Shown in pieces: positions 11,600 to 25,260 of a stretch of 64,000 nt of DNA. The position numbers were made by a program, and so were the translations under genes. Below the pieces are notes generated by a model. That model was not told where the DNA came from, did not search any database, and was given only the letters and a program-made list of their open reading frames with translations. Each line of letters begins with the position of its first letter. Within the stretch, counting starts at the first letter, position 1. The stretch comes from Chiloscyllium plagiosum (taxonomy: Eukaryota), in contig NC_057728.1 of the NCBI RefSeq assembly GCF_004010195.1, positions 46,590,645 through 46,654,644 on the forward strand, in the 5' to 3' direction.

Positions 11600-13220
11600 T
11601 GAACCTTAGGCATTAACCTCCTGTGTGCAGATCATTTCATTGCACTTTTGACCATATCATGTAGCGTCATGAAGCATAAGTGGATGTTTTGGAGCCTGCA
11701 AAGATGGACTCGGGTTGTACCAATCACCTTCCAGGTACCCGAAGCCTGCAAGTGGTGGAGAGGCTGCTCACTTCGCAGCTTCACCCATCCAACATTGTGT
11801 AGTGCTAAGGATGGGTAGGCTGTGTACCTTCAATGTTGTAGTTGCAGCTGGATGCAGATGTACATTAACAGCTGACAATGACCATATATTTACAAATGTG
11901 AGAATTGATTTACCTTGAATTGTCACCTGTTCCATCCATGTGCCCTCAGGTTCTTCTTGCTTCTTTCCCTTCCACTGTGTCTCAGTGGAGGCCTGGGTTC
12001 CATAGTCAGAGTGGAGGGACCCTGCCCTTCATAGAAACTCAGCTGGCCTTGGAACTTTGGTCAGGTGATCCCAGGAATATTTGTGTCTAGATGGCCCAGA
12101 TGTACTGAGTATGACCCACCCAGATGCAACTGCATCCTCCTTGGCCTGACCTCTCACAGTGGTAAAGATGGCAGGAACAGCGGAACTAGAAGACCTATCC
12201 ACCTTTGGAAGTTTGTGAGAGAAGGCTTCTGGTGGGGGGGGGGGGGGGGAGAGGGGGAGGGGGCGCCTGTACGTGGTTCCTCCTCCACCTGGGTGCCTCA
12301 GAGGTGGAAGAGGGGACATCCTGTGGGGCTTCCCTCGTGACCTCAGCCACCATAGTCATGTCGATCGTAGCTGCAGGAGACAGAGGAAAGAATGTGTCAC
12401 AAACAAATTGTAATCATTCTGGCATGTTAAGGATACATTTGTAGTTGGGGTAATAGCAGGGTTGGACACTGATAGACAATGCCTCTTATCTCATTCTTAT
12501 TTGAGTGAGTTTAAAATTGGGTGTCACAGCTGGTGTAGGTGAGGGTACATTGATGAGAAGTCCTGGGTGAATGAGTAGAAATCACCAAGGCCAAGCAGGG
12601 TTAGCAGGGGTTGGCAGTGAGGGGGTAAGGGTAATTTGAGGGAAATGTTGCAAAGCAACACTGAGCCTTGGAGGGAAGGTGGTGCAGTGGCAGAGTGGGA
12701 GTGATGTGAGTAGTGGAGAGAAGATGGTGGCACTCACCCTGGTGGAATAGAAAAAGGTCAATGACTTTGTTCCTACGTGACTGGGAGTTCCTCCAGTTGG
12801 TTGAATTCATGGTTGAGTTTGGACCAGACTGGCATGATCTGGTGTTGTGGCTTCTTCTATGTCCTGTGCACCACCATGTTATTGGACTGAAGTTTCCTAT
12901 CACTGTTAATAGAGCATTAATTTCCTTTTGACTGCCACATCCTGGTGCAAATGTTTTCAAGAGTAGCTCCAGCATTTGACAGGCTATGGAGCCAGACTCA
13001 AGAATCCAGTAGTAATCATGCGGTGGCAACTACTTCCATCTATGGCAAGTGGGAGAATCAGGCTATTATTGGATGAATGGGGCATCATAATGACGTGATA
13101 CACAACTAATGAGGTGAGCTTGGAATGGTAGTGCAGGAAAATTCATGAGGCCTCATATAGAGAAACCCTCCTTGAAACTCAAGGCAATTGATGTCACCAA
13201 TTCCAGCTAAACTTCAGCCC
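11600..13220 (-). mobile_element. Harbinger/PIF-like DNA transposon remnant (Myb/SANT-like ORF)
   Basis: Minus strand WRNSQSRRNKVIDL resembles the RTxxQCRKKxNDL helix of Harbinger Myb/SANT proteins and is followed by donor GTGAGT. The terminus aaacttcagccc resembles aagattcagccc near 53780. Confidence 0.5.
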
Positions 13221-13374
13221 CAACATTTCCAAGACATTTCTCCTTCTGCTTCAAATAGTTAGCGTCAGGAACAGCTCAGGAAACCAGTCATTTCCAATCC
13301 CAAATTGGCAATGATTATTTCAAGACCAACATGCATTGCTAGTTGAGATCATTACCCATGCTGCACAAATTCAA

Positions 13375-13594
13375 GTCATAGAGTCATTGTCATAGAGATG
13401 TACAGCATGGAAACAGACCCTTTGGCCCAACCTGTCCATGCCGACCAGATATCCCAACCCAATCTAGTCCTACCTGACAGCACCCGCCCATATCCTTCCA
13501 ACCCCTTCCTATTTATATGACCATCCAAATGCCTTTTAAATGTTGCAATTGTACCAGCCTCCACCATTTCCTCTGGCAGCTCATTCCATACACT
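13375..13594 (-). mobile_element. CR1/HER1 LINE 3' end
   Basis: VWNELPEEMVEAGTIATFKRHLDG plus a (ctatgact)n tail; near identical to 54387-54600. Confidence 0.9.
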
Positions 13595-14069
13595 TGACGA
13601 GCAAAAGTGTTTAGTTTGGTAACTAAACATAAAGAAGTCACAAATTTCAGATTAATCCCAAAACTTGTTAGGGCAAAAATCTTTTTTCAAGTAAAACCTA
13701 TTTTTATCATGGGATATGGGCAGCACTGGCAAGGCCAAGATTTCTTATGATCCCTAACTGAATTAAATTAATTGAATTAGCTTTATCGCCCATGGAAAGT
13801 TTACAAGTCACCACTTACAGCATTATTTTAGGTACAAAGGTACCTATCTAGATAGAGATTCGTGAGTACAAATTCTTAGGAAAAAAAATTAGAAAAATAA
13901 AAAAGAATGTCCAGCACTACCAACCTTCAAAAGTACAAAATCATAGTTATAAATTAGAAAATAAAGAAATAAGAGTTCAGATTACTAGACCTTCACAATA
14001 ATATAATAAAGAAAACAAAAATTAAAAAAGAGAATCTAAGACAAAGTCCACGTAGTACAGTTCAAAAAA

Positions 14070-14510
14070 ACTTGAGGACTATGAGGCTGAATGGGCTGGG
14101 GCTATTTTCTCTGGAGCTTCAGAGCCTGAGGGGTGACCTTTTAGAGATTTTTAAATCACAAGAGGCATGGATAGGGTAAATAGACAAGGTCTTTCTCTGG
14201 AGTAGGGGTCGTCCAGTGCTAGAGGGCATAGGTTTAAGAAGAGAGGTGAAAATTGTAAAAGGGACCTAAAGGGCAACTTTTTCACATAAAGGTTGATGTG
14301 TGTATGGAATGAGCTGCTACAGGACTTGGGGGATGCTGGTACAATTATAACATTAAAAGGCATCTGGATGGGTATATGACTAAGAAGGGTTTAGAGGAAT
14401 ATGGGCTAAGTGCTGGCAAATGGGACCAGATTGATATAGGATATCTGGTCAGCATGGACGAGTTGGACTGAAGGGTCTGTTTCCATGCTGTACATCTCTA
14501 TGACTCTATG
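14070..14510 (+). mobile_element. CR1/HER1 LINE 3' end
   Basis: RT C-terminal remnant and ctctatgactctatg tail; same family as 54387-55765. Confidence 0.88.
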
Positions 14511-17360
14511 GCTGGATTCACCATGATGCCGAAGAAAATGCCCTTGAACAGATGATTATGAACCACCTTCTTGAATTGCTGCAGTCCCTAGCACGTAGAG
14601 ATGCGTACAATGCTCTTAGGAAGGGAGTTCTAGGATGTTCCAACAGCAGTGAAAGAATGGCAGGATGGTTGGAGGGATACTTGCAGGTGGTAGATGATAG
14701 AAGTTTCCAATTTGGAAGGTAAATAGGAATAGAAGGGCAGGTTAGAGAAAGAAAAAAGAAACTGAACAAAAAAAAAGGGCTAGGGAAAGAGGAGAGAGCA
14801 GGAGAAAACATATCATTCAATACAGAGAAAATTGAGGCATAATGAGGGTAAAAGAATTGAAAAATGTATAAGAAAATGAACAGTTGTTCTCAGAAAAGGT
14901 ACAGGAGATGTAATTTATCCTTGTTTTTCACAATGAACAATGTCTTGGAAGATTAGGTTAGCTGTTTGATGCAGTGCTTTTTTCTTAACTGCATCCCAGA
15001 TTTGTGAAAACAATGGTTGTCAGATGGATGCTCCTGAGCATTAATGCTTCAGTGACATTAACAGATTAATGATCAGCACATTATTGTCACAATTCACAAG
15101 GAAATAATTCACAAACATTCACTAGAAAACTACCTGACACCCAAATGACAATATATAGTAACACTAACATGATAAAATGCCTTCAAACACTTCCCAGGAG
15201 TGTTGTCGGACAAAATTTGTCATTTAGCCTTGTGAGAAACGGGATACATGACATTTAGTCAGAGCAATAAGGTTTAAGGAGTATCTTAAATGAGGAAAAA
15301 GAGGGAATGAGGCAGGGAGACACGGAACCAAGTTCCAGAGCATTGTCTAAAGTAGCTAAAGGCTAGCAACATAATGCCTCTGGGATATGCAAGAGATTGT
15401 TGAATACATATCATGCAGTAATTAGAGTTTCCTGCAAAAAAAATCTAAGAACTGTCTTTTGATAACAATTATTGATATAGTGTACGTTTGAATTGAAATT
15501 TGGCAAGTGAGGTTTTTTTATGCGTTTTGTGCATAGTTGAGCGCAAGTACATCTGGAAGAGAAAGACCTCAATTTTCCCAGTGATGGAATGGTTCCCAAC
15601 TTGGCAAATCCAACCTGGGATGGAATGTTCTGGGATTGCAGGTGTTCGATCTGAAGGGACTGGCTTTTACATTGCAGAGGCTTCCAGGTGCAGGAGTGGT
15701 TGCACCAGCAATCTATCTTAACCTTGAAAGAGAAATGAAAGACAATCTTCCAGATCTCATCCCTCCACACTTTTCCCATGCCAACGCATGGCACTTCACG
15801 TCCCTCCGTGGACACCACATGGCCCATCATCCCCTCCATGACAACCTATGACTCTCTATCCATCCCATTATCCATAATTTTCTCATACTAATGTACCCCC
15901 TCCTTTGCTCTTGCACCAACCATGCCAACTAACGCAGTATCCACCGTGGAAGGACCTCAAGACACATGCTGGGATCAAACAAAGTTTTTGAAGTTGGTAT
16001 TGATAAATTCACTTTTGATAAACACACAACTGCTACATTTAAATTCATTTAATCCTTTCTAAAAATAAGCACTGGAATTTGCAGTCCTACTTCAAAAGGT
16101 TTATAATGACTTGAGGCAGCCAAACAGACAATCAACTGACAGGCAACCAGTTGTGGTAGTTAAAGTGTAAAATCAGTCACTCAGCACTAATCCTGTATTT
16201 GTAACCTGAGACTTATGTTGAGAGACAGAATGAAAAGCAAGCACTGATATTTTTTAGCACTACAGACAATATTTTCAAATATTAAAATGAGTTTGAAATG
16301 CATTTACACTTTGGCAGCTCCTTTTGACAACTGCAATGAGTTCATGCATTTTTCAAGCACATTCATGTCTCTGTTTAAGAATCCCAAAAGGGACACCCTG
16401 ACAGTTCCTGAGGTGTTCCAGGGCCATATCCAAAAGGATATGCCACCTCTCCAGATAAGTCCAGTACCTTTAGACCTTCTCCTACCAGGTCTAAAGTGGG
16501 CAATCATATTTTGAACAAATCAGTAGTGAAAGTCAGACCTTCCTGGGGCAGCTATCTCAATGAATCACAGGCGTCCAGTTTCAAACCTGTCCTAATTTCC
16601 TTCACCTCCACTCACACAAAGCACCAAATGAAAATGGTAGGTGTGGCATTCTAGATTCAGGCCCCTGCTGCCATTGTCAGTATTATAGGAAGTCTCTCTG
16701 CGTGTACAAAAATTCAGATCAAACTGATCAAGGTCTGGATTTTGACCTGATAGATGAGAAATTCCTCGAGACTCTGGAAGTCAGGAGTTTGAATCCCACT
16801 ATGGAATTGGAACACCACAGTGCGTGTGTGACATCCCTGACCAGTATCCCCAGACATCAGCCATATTTACAATCTGATGTCCAACTGGATAGGCATTGAA
16901 AGTCACATGAACTGGTGATTCCACAGTGAAGTTTGGAGAAAATCTCAGGGATGGTAAGGGATTTGGTCTTGAAGGTGAGGCTGATACTGGAAAGAGAGCC
17001 ATGGTAGGTGACAAGGTGAGAACCTCAGGGTAACAATGGGGGAGGGAGGAGGAGGTGATCAGAAACCTGGGAGTACAGTTGGGAGCATAGTAGAAGAGGT
17101 GTTCAGGGATGCCTTGAGGTGATGTGGTGGTGTCAGAGGTATGGTGTGGAAGTACTATTGAAAACCTGCTGAGGAGAGCTCAGATATTGTATTTAATCAG
17201 AGGACCCTGGAAGGGATGTGATCAGCCTCTCTAGAGTGAAGTTTGGGGAGGGTTAGGCATCATGTGGGGAGGGTCAGAGGTGATGGCCAATCACAGTGGT
17301 TTCTCACAGAGGTACGCTGAATTCAGAAGATAGGTGTAAAGCCACTCACCTTCTGAATCC

Positions 17361-17452
17361 TTCTGAAGAAGGGTTACACCCGAAACATCAACTTCTGCAC
17401 TTCCTGATGCTGCCTGGCTTGCTGTGTTCTTCCAGCCTCCTGCCTGACTACT
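17361..17452 (+). mobile_element. Penelope pseudo-LTR fragment with hammerhead core
   Basis: ctgaagaagggttacacccgaaacatc (17363-17389) followed by the arm sequence also seen at 398-600. Confidence 0.7.
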
Positions 17453-17569
17453 TAGTCAGTTTACTAGCAGTACCACATGCCTATCCCTGAGGAAGCCACA
17501 TCTTGGGGTATACTGGTATCTGTGGGCCAGTGACCCAACGAGAGAAAGTAGGATGATGGGATTGGTTCT

Positions 17570-17757
17570 CCATTGTTAAGTGGATTAGCCATGGTAAGTT
17601 GCCCATGGTGTCCAGGCAAGGTGGATTAGGCATGGGAAATGCAGTGTTATTGGGATACCGCAGGGAGGTGGGTCTGTGTGGGATGGTCATCAAAGGGTCG
17701 GTAGGTCTCAATGAGCTGAATGGCCTGCTTCCACACTTTTGGATTCTATGATTCTAT
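17570..17757 (+). mobile_element. HE1-like SINE, 3' part
   Basis: gtggattagccatggtaagttgccc...gaatggcctgcttccacac...gattctatgattctatg tail. Confidence 0.7.
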
Positions 17758-20700
17758 GGTTGATGTATGATGATGGGGAGACAATGGAGTATTGGGATGA
17801 CTTTAAGAAAATACAGGTCAACATGGTGAGATTAGAGCAGAGGCTGTGCTATTAAACTGAGATTGATACAGGGTTATGAGGAGAGAGTGGACCAGTGAAA
17901 CTCCTTTTATATTACAGTAACATTGAGCTGAGACTAACACAGTGGGTCAAGTGCTCTCCATTGTGCTGAAAGATCCCACAGCCCTAAAGAAATTTCAGTT
18001 CCCAAATACTTGTTTTTTAATTATGCTGCATGCCAACACTATTTTGCATGGCTATCTTAGCAAACTTTCTGTCTCTGCATGGCAGTCAGATTATTAGCAA
18101 CTGATTTTAAAAGCTGTGCCTATTTAGATTTGATTTCCATGGTGATGTAGTGTACTGTTTGTCTATGGTGTCTAATCCTGTGATTGTCAAGTGTGGTGTT
18201 CAGATTCCTGTGGTATGTTGGTAACAATCTATAGCATCAATTTCTACAATGGTTTGAGGAAAATCAAGCTGTGATGTCCATTTCATGAAGATGGGAATAT
18301 CTATCAGTGATATTTCTTTCAATGCTCGCTTGAAGTTATTAGTTGTCCAGTAGTTCAGTGGGTGAAAAGAACTGCCAAATTATAGATTAAAACAAACTGA
18401 AATAATGTTGTTTGTGTTGCTCTGCACAAGTTTAAAATGTTCTTTACATTTTTTAATTTACCCAGCAGGGGTTAAATGACCCATATAGTAGTTTTGTAAT
18501 TGTATATTTTTTACAGTCCCACCATTTGGTTTTTAAACAGTCACTGCATCTCTGTCCATTTTTTTTAAATGGTTAAGTTCAGATATGAATAATTCAAATT
18601 CTGCAGCAATTTGACTCCACATTCCAAACTTGTCCAAAATTCATTCCAATTCATCCAAGATGAATGATGAATGTTAAAGAAGATTATGCACCAAGTTTTT
18701 GAAATGTTGAGAAGTAACAAGCACACATATATTCCACACTGAAGAAATGCACAAACAAGCATGTTATTTAGCCAATATCGAAGGGTTTTGTGCTTGCTAC
18801 TTGTTAACATGGGACCAGCTGATGCTCAAGATAGTCCAATTTTAACAGTAGCAATTCAATGCGTTGAAAGCAACAAAGGTTCTGAAACTAAGCGAAGCTA
18901 CACGTGCAGTTAGACAGTATTAATAAAGGAAGTTTGCACACACACGGCAAGATTTTAGGCTGCCATTGTCTACTTTGCACAGCACAAAACTGACTAAGCT
19001 GAATTCACAAATAAAAATAAGGTTTTGGTCTAAGGTTTCCAAGTGCATATTGGCATTTTCTAGCATTGTTCAGAGGCTAATTTTCTTGGCTACACTATGT
19101 CCTCATTTTGGACTTACCAGTCGACCCACACTCATCCAGTTGGTGTGGCATTTGATGCCACACCACGGAGGCCCCGCAACATTGCCAGTACAGACCCGTT
19201 CCCCAGACTGGCTCTCCCATTGGCTAGTTTGGGTGCAAAGAGGCACTACAGCTCCAGCTCTGAGAAATCTGTAGGTGTAATCACGGCTAATGGTTTCTTT
19301 GGCTGTTAAATGTTCAGTGGGTAAGTAGACAAAACAAAGTGTCAATTCTGATCCTCTGCTGATAGATTTCCATTAGACCATTCAGACTGAGTGAAGATCT
19401 TTGTACAAGCCCATAATACCATTATTAAGGTGATTTTGCATTTTGTTTCCAATGAATGCTGCTACAGAAGGTAGAGAGAGGGGTTTGAGAATGTCTCTTT
19501 GTTCCTTATTACCCTAGCAACACTGGGCCTGTACCTGTTGGAGCCAAACGATCAGACTACCATTGCTCCTGAAGAGTTCTCAGTCATTATAATGGAGGTG
19601 TTGAGGGCAAAGACCTGGTATTATGGTTTTCATAGCTATAGTACTTTGGGAATAGATGTTTTCTAGTGGGTAAAGGCATGCAAAATTGACCCAAGTATAA
19701 TAACAATATCTGATAAGACTTGGCATAACATTTATCAATATTCACTCAGTCATTCATGTGGATTCACTCAATGGCAGGTCCTTGGCTTGTTGTCTCCTTC
19801 ATCCTGCATCATTTCCTTGGCAATTTTTCATAGTGATGACTTGCCATTGCCTTCTCGGGGCAGGACAAAGAGAAAGGTTCCAAGTCTACCTCAGCTACAA
19901 CAAATCAAACCCTCTCCATTGGCATTAGTCTTGACCAGATGCCAGCCAACTAGCCCCTGTATTCAAACTTATGAAGAATATTTCAATATTTCACTGCTTC
20001 ACTTAGCAGTTCACATTGTTTGAATTGTACTGTACAATAGAATAATTCCAAGTACAATATTCTCTGTAATTTATTCAAGAGATGTTATTACCTTATATTA
20101 ATCAAATGGAAGTTCATGTCACTTCATTTCAGTTGTATGGTACACTTGTGATTGCATTTTGTTTGTGCCAATCAGGGCTTCTAGAACTTACCACTGCTCA
20201 GCTCATTACATCTGAATTTCATCATGAGGTGAGTTTTATTTTGCTTTATATATATATTAAAACAAATAACATTTTTGAAAATTACAACAGATGACAAATT
20301 CAGTTGACAGTGGTAAAGAGCGCAAGTTGTGGAACATGCTGCCTGCTGTCCAGAATTATGTTGCAAACGTATGATTGGATTTTAAAAATGAACACAGACA
20401 CGATATGCAGGTGGACATTTCAGCTGTAGGCCCTTCATCCAAACTTTCAATTTGGTTTCCAGCATTGCATTCTTGATTTTACTTTGCCTCTGCAACAGTA
20501 TATCTAAGATAAAGTGCAATATTCAGAATTAAGGTAGATCACTTTGGATGTTCAGCTTCCTCCCAGTTAACAGGCAGGGTCAATTGACAATGTATTTGGT
20601 GATTTTCAAATGGTAATCACTGATAGCTCTGAAATCCCAGCTCAGAGAGAGGTTTTCTCAGCCTGCCATGCCCATTGCTAGTGCCAACTCCACATGAGGC

Positions 20701-21241
20701 CTACCTACTCACATTCCATTTCCTTGCTCCTTCCCATAACCATTAATACTTCTTCAACTCCCTCTTAAATGTCACGATTAATTCAACTGAAATCATCACT
20801 TCAGTGTTGCATTCCACACTCTTATAAATCTTTGCATGGCAAAAAAAAACATTCTATTAATTAAATACAATGTAGCATGCTAATTGCACATACTAAATAG
20901 GTTCAGTAACAGGAGTCTGAATTAGATTGAGCAGAGGAACTAAATTAGTTCTTATTTTATATTAATTCTATGAAGATCTCAAGGCCTTCAGGGACAGTTT
21001 TCCAATGATTTGTGCTCAGTAAGGTCATCAGATAGAGATTTTGTTCTGTAGCATTATTTGAGACAAAGCTCGAAGACAAATCTGACTCACAGTATCCCAG
21101 GTCCACTGCTGGACTGGTCTGCATGGTTTTCCATGCTGGACAGAATACTCACCCAAGCATGTCATTCATATGCCCAAATCTTCCCAGATCATGATATCAA
21201 ACGGCCTCCACTTCTTGCCAAGGTGGACCTCACAAATTTAG

Positions 21242-21386
21242 CATCCAAGGAGCAGGAGAATCGACGTTTCGGGCATGAGCATTTCTTCATGCCCGAAATG
21301 TCGATTCTCCTGCTCCTTGACCTACTGTGCTTTTCCAGCAACACATTTTCAGCTCTGATCTCCAGCATCTGCAGTCCTCACTTTCT
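21242..21386. mobile_element. Penelope-derived fold-back mini-insertion
   Basis: Inverted ggagcaggagaatcgac...gtcgattctcctgctcc; perfect 14-bp TSD cctcacaaatttag at 21228-21241 and 21387-21400. Confidence 0.85.
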
Positions 21387-24300
21387 CCTCACAAATTTAG
21401 ACCAATTTATGCTTGTGCCAAGTTTGTTGAACTACTGTGGGTCTTTTTTGTTTTGTTGCATGGGGAGATATTAAATTGAATTGCTTGATTTGGTATGGAG
21501 TGATGCTGCGTCCTCACAAGAAGAGGCAGAGGAACACATGACCTGTCAATATAAGAAAAGCCTGCAATAGGTATGCGGGTTGCTATTACAGTGCCGGTTG
21601 GCCAACAACGTAGCAGGAAGAACAGAGCTACAGCGGTGGAAAGAACTGTGCAAAGGGAGAAAGGGGTAGTAGCAGGGAAGACACATCTAGAATGCCTTTG
21701 CTAGTAGAAGGGCTCTACATGAATGCCTAAATCCTTGGAACAGTATCCTTTCACCAGCATTTCTACAGGACACGCAATGCTCCTTTCATCCACAACCTCC
21801 CATTTCAGTATCCTCTTTGTTAGAATCCTACAGTAAAACCACCACCAAAAACCCTGCCATGAAGGTTTAGTCAAGCAAGAGGTCCAATGATATGAGCAGA
21901 AAAGAACCATTCAGCTTCAGGTATTCTCTGCATGTCTGTCCTCTTAGATGCCTTTCCCTAATCTTGTACTTCTATACAATGCTACTCAAATAGCTACTCA
22001 AAGAGCTGAAACAACATGACTGATGGAATTCTATTAACTTCCACCAAGAGAGACTGGCAGCTGATCTTGCAAAACCCTCTTGAGCAGCTCTGGTCCTTCA
22101 GAGATGGTTTCAGATTGTGCCACCTTGGCATGGAGGTCAGCAGCCTGGGTTGCCTGGCTGGCAGTCAAAAGCAAGGATACTAGCATTGTGATTAATGATA
22201 AGACACAAATGTTGTCACCTTTAGAGAGGACAATGGGTTTGTGAACAACTGTACTGCTGCCACTTGTTATGGAGAATCTTCTGCAAAGGGAGAGGTTGAA
22301 CGTGAGTAACTGTGGTGTACTAATCATTGGGTGACTTGACAGTCATAGCTCAGCAGCTGGACGTCTGTGGAAACAGCAGGAGCTATGTTTTTGGCTGGCA
22401 CTGCTGCATGGTGTATGAGTCTGAGAGACAGTACCTGGATAGTAGGCAAGAGCTCTGGCTTGGGTGTGCATATGGACAAGTAATGGGACTGTGGGGCATT
22501 GAACAGTGTGAGAGGTACAATCCCTTGTCCTTCACCAATTATGCAAGCTGTTTGCCTCATGGGAACCAGTGTGGACGGGTCATAAATCTCAACTTCTGTG
22601 CTCAAAAGCAAATACAGATTGATTTCTGAGCCCTAATTTTCCAAGTGGTCTAATGGATAGTGACAGAACTCCATGATGTGCCTATTTATGCTGCATTAAT
22701 ATTCTGACAACTACCTCCCAGGAGGCAGGCTATTTGTGCTTGCATTATATCAATGAAATGTTGGAGCCTTTGCAGCACTCAAGTAATATTCTCCTGCTTT
22801 GTGCCAGTCCAGCAGCCATTTGATATGGTTCCCAGAAAGAGTAGATCTTAAGATTTCTCCCTGACTAGAGTCAGCAGACCTACAAGAATAAATTTTACTT
22901 TGGCAAAGGGCTTTAGTTGATCCTGGTGTCTGTTATTATCATCATTTATCCATCCAGGTGTGTACTGAGATTGTCAACGAGCTTTCCCCTTCTGTAACAA
23001 GGATTTTTAGAATGGAACTATGAAAATAGACTAGTAATAAGATACATCAGAGGTATGCATAGAGGTATGTAAGCTCAGAATGAAATGTTATCTAAAGCAT
23101 TACTTCACAGCTAACAGAAAAGGCAACACAGATAAATGTTTACAAAAGGAATGTTCTTACAATGACTGATTGATATCTGGAATTGTACACACAGCAGCGT
23201 AGGAGAGAAAGAATCTCTGGCACTATGTTAGACTTACCTTGGGTTTCTCTGCAAACTGAAATAGACAAGCTAAATAGTTTCCCTCATCTATATATATCTT
23301 GCTGAGGTGATTACCTATAATGCAGAAAAAAATCTTCACAAGCTTTTGTCAAGAGTACTCCCTCATTTCTGCACAGTGAGAACATCCATTCCACAAAACA
23401 GAAAATCAATAAATATGGCCCAATGAAAAAGAAAGAAAAGCTAAAAAGTGGAATTCTTATATGTGATATTTTAACAGAATAATGAAAATAATAAGCAAGG
23501 TGAGAAATTTTATTAAATAGTGAACTGAGGATTCTTTTAAACATATTAAGCAGTTTATTAAGATAGTGCACAAGAGAATTTGTATATTTTAATATGTATT
23601 TAAAGTGATGGTAAGCCAGTTTGTGACTTTTTATTGCTATCAGTGCTCACAGAATTAATATTATCAGCTCTTTTATTTTGTTAACTGCATTTCTGTATAT
23701 AACAGGAGATTAATACTAAACAGACTTGACTTTTCTGAAGGGTGCAGCAGTGGGCCTATTATAATTATATTTAAAATTTAAATAATATAAATGGCATGAA
23801 CCAAAAAAAAACTACTATGCAGCTCTGTGTACCAACTGACTGTCTTCAGAGCTTAACCCGTTAGTTCTCTGAGCTCAAATAATTGGTGTTTGGGTTTTGG
23901 GAAGTCATGCTATCATAGCACAGCTGAGTGCTGCTATTCGTAGAGACAGAAATATGGAATGAAGCTGCTTTTCATGTGGCAGACCTAAATGAAGGTGAAA
24001 GTTAAAAACAAGTATATGCTTCTTTTAAAGAGGTCACTGTGCAACCAAGCAATGTTAGGTTTGCCCTTTTGATGGATTCTACTAGTGCCACTATGAAGTA
24101 TTTAATGTCTACTTTTTGCCAATGTGATGGTGGCATTAGAGTGTTGAATTTTGGTGGCTCATATGGAAAAAAATAGCAAAGTAGATTTGATGGATCAAAG
24201 CCTGTTGGTATATTGTTTCTTGTGGATGTGGTGTATGATTCATGGTACTTTTGCTGCATACAGACAGACCCTTCAATTCAGCACTTTAATAATGCCAGTT

Positions 24301-24389
24301 AAACATCCTGATATTCTTCAGTTTTCAGGTCAGATTTATGGTCTGCATTAGCTACATGCACTTACAATGGGGATCTAAAGTACATCAGC

Positions 24390-24870
24390 TTCAGTTAAAA
24401 GGAGAGAGGATGTTTAAAATCAGGCTTGAACGATCACCTTGTAAATGTTTCTGATCCACCATGTTGGTGAAAAGAAATGCTACAGTTTCTGCGACTATAG
24501 AAAAGAGAAGGTTAAGGAAAGAGTAGAGATTCTCAAAATCATGAGTAAATGAGACAATAAATAAATGGAATTGCTTCCTGGTAGCAGAAAAATTGGTGAC
24601 CAGAGCAAATTTCTTATAAATTAATTGGCTAAAGAAGAGGAAAGAAAATGGGGGAAGAAGGTGATGCAGCAAATTGGTATGAATTAACATGTAGTTCTGA
24701 ATGTATGTTGGAGATAGAGTCAATAATAACGTTCACAATGGATCTGGATAAATGCTTGCAAAGTAAAATATGGCTGAACAATGGGGAAAGAGCTGAAGTG
24801 TACAAATAATTGGATCAAAGAATTTATACAAAGACAATGGGATAAGTAACTCATAATTCCATGATGCTAT
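24390..24870 (+). mobile_element. Old CR1 LINE 3' remnant
   Basis: Degenerate match to the CR1 RT C-terminal and 3' UTR pattern seen in younger copies. Confidence 0.5.
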
Positions 24871-24889
24871 ATTAAAATAGGTCCTACAA

Positions 24890-25260
24890 ATTGTGACAAT
24901 ATTTCCCTATGGGAATCTGCTCTATTTATGTTTTCTGCAGAGAGAAGAGGAGGTGTGGATGGCTGCCATGCAGGTAAGATTGATCCCGAGGAAGACTTCA
25001 ATTATTCACCGTCACCATCCAAACCACATGTTCAGGCAAAGACCGATTTACCTAGATTAAGGATCCTGGATCCAAGATGCGGCGTCTGCATGGTTTAAGG
25101 TTGTCAGTGGAAGTAACGACAGAACTGTGCCAAATGCTGGAGAAATCTGCCACCACCTGTGCCACGGGATTGACACGAACGCTGACAGACTTAAGCACTT
25201 ATTGTTTTGGTACCAAGCTAGCATTATCTGCAGTGCTCCAATCCACTGTGATGTTCACAG
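24890..25260 (+). mobile_element. Harbinger transposase (HARBI1-like) N-terminal remnant
   Basis: FRQRPIYL...LRLSVEVTTELCQML resembles the N-terminal helical region of Harbinger DDE nucleases. Confidence 0.45.

Noticed and set aside
12232..12263. Poly-G run as a functional G-quadruplex
   Set aside because: Simple homopolymer expansion inside a decayed transposon; nothing supports function.
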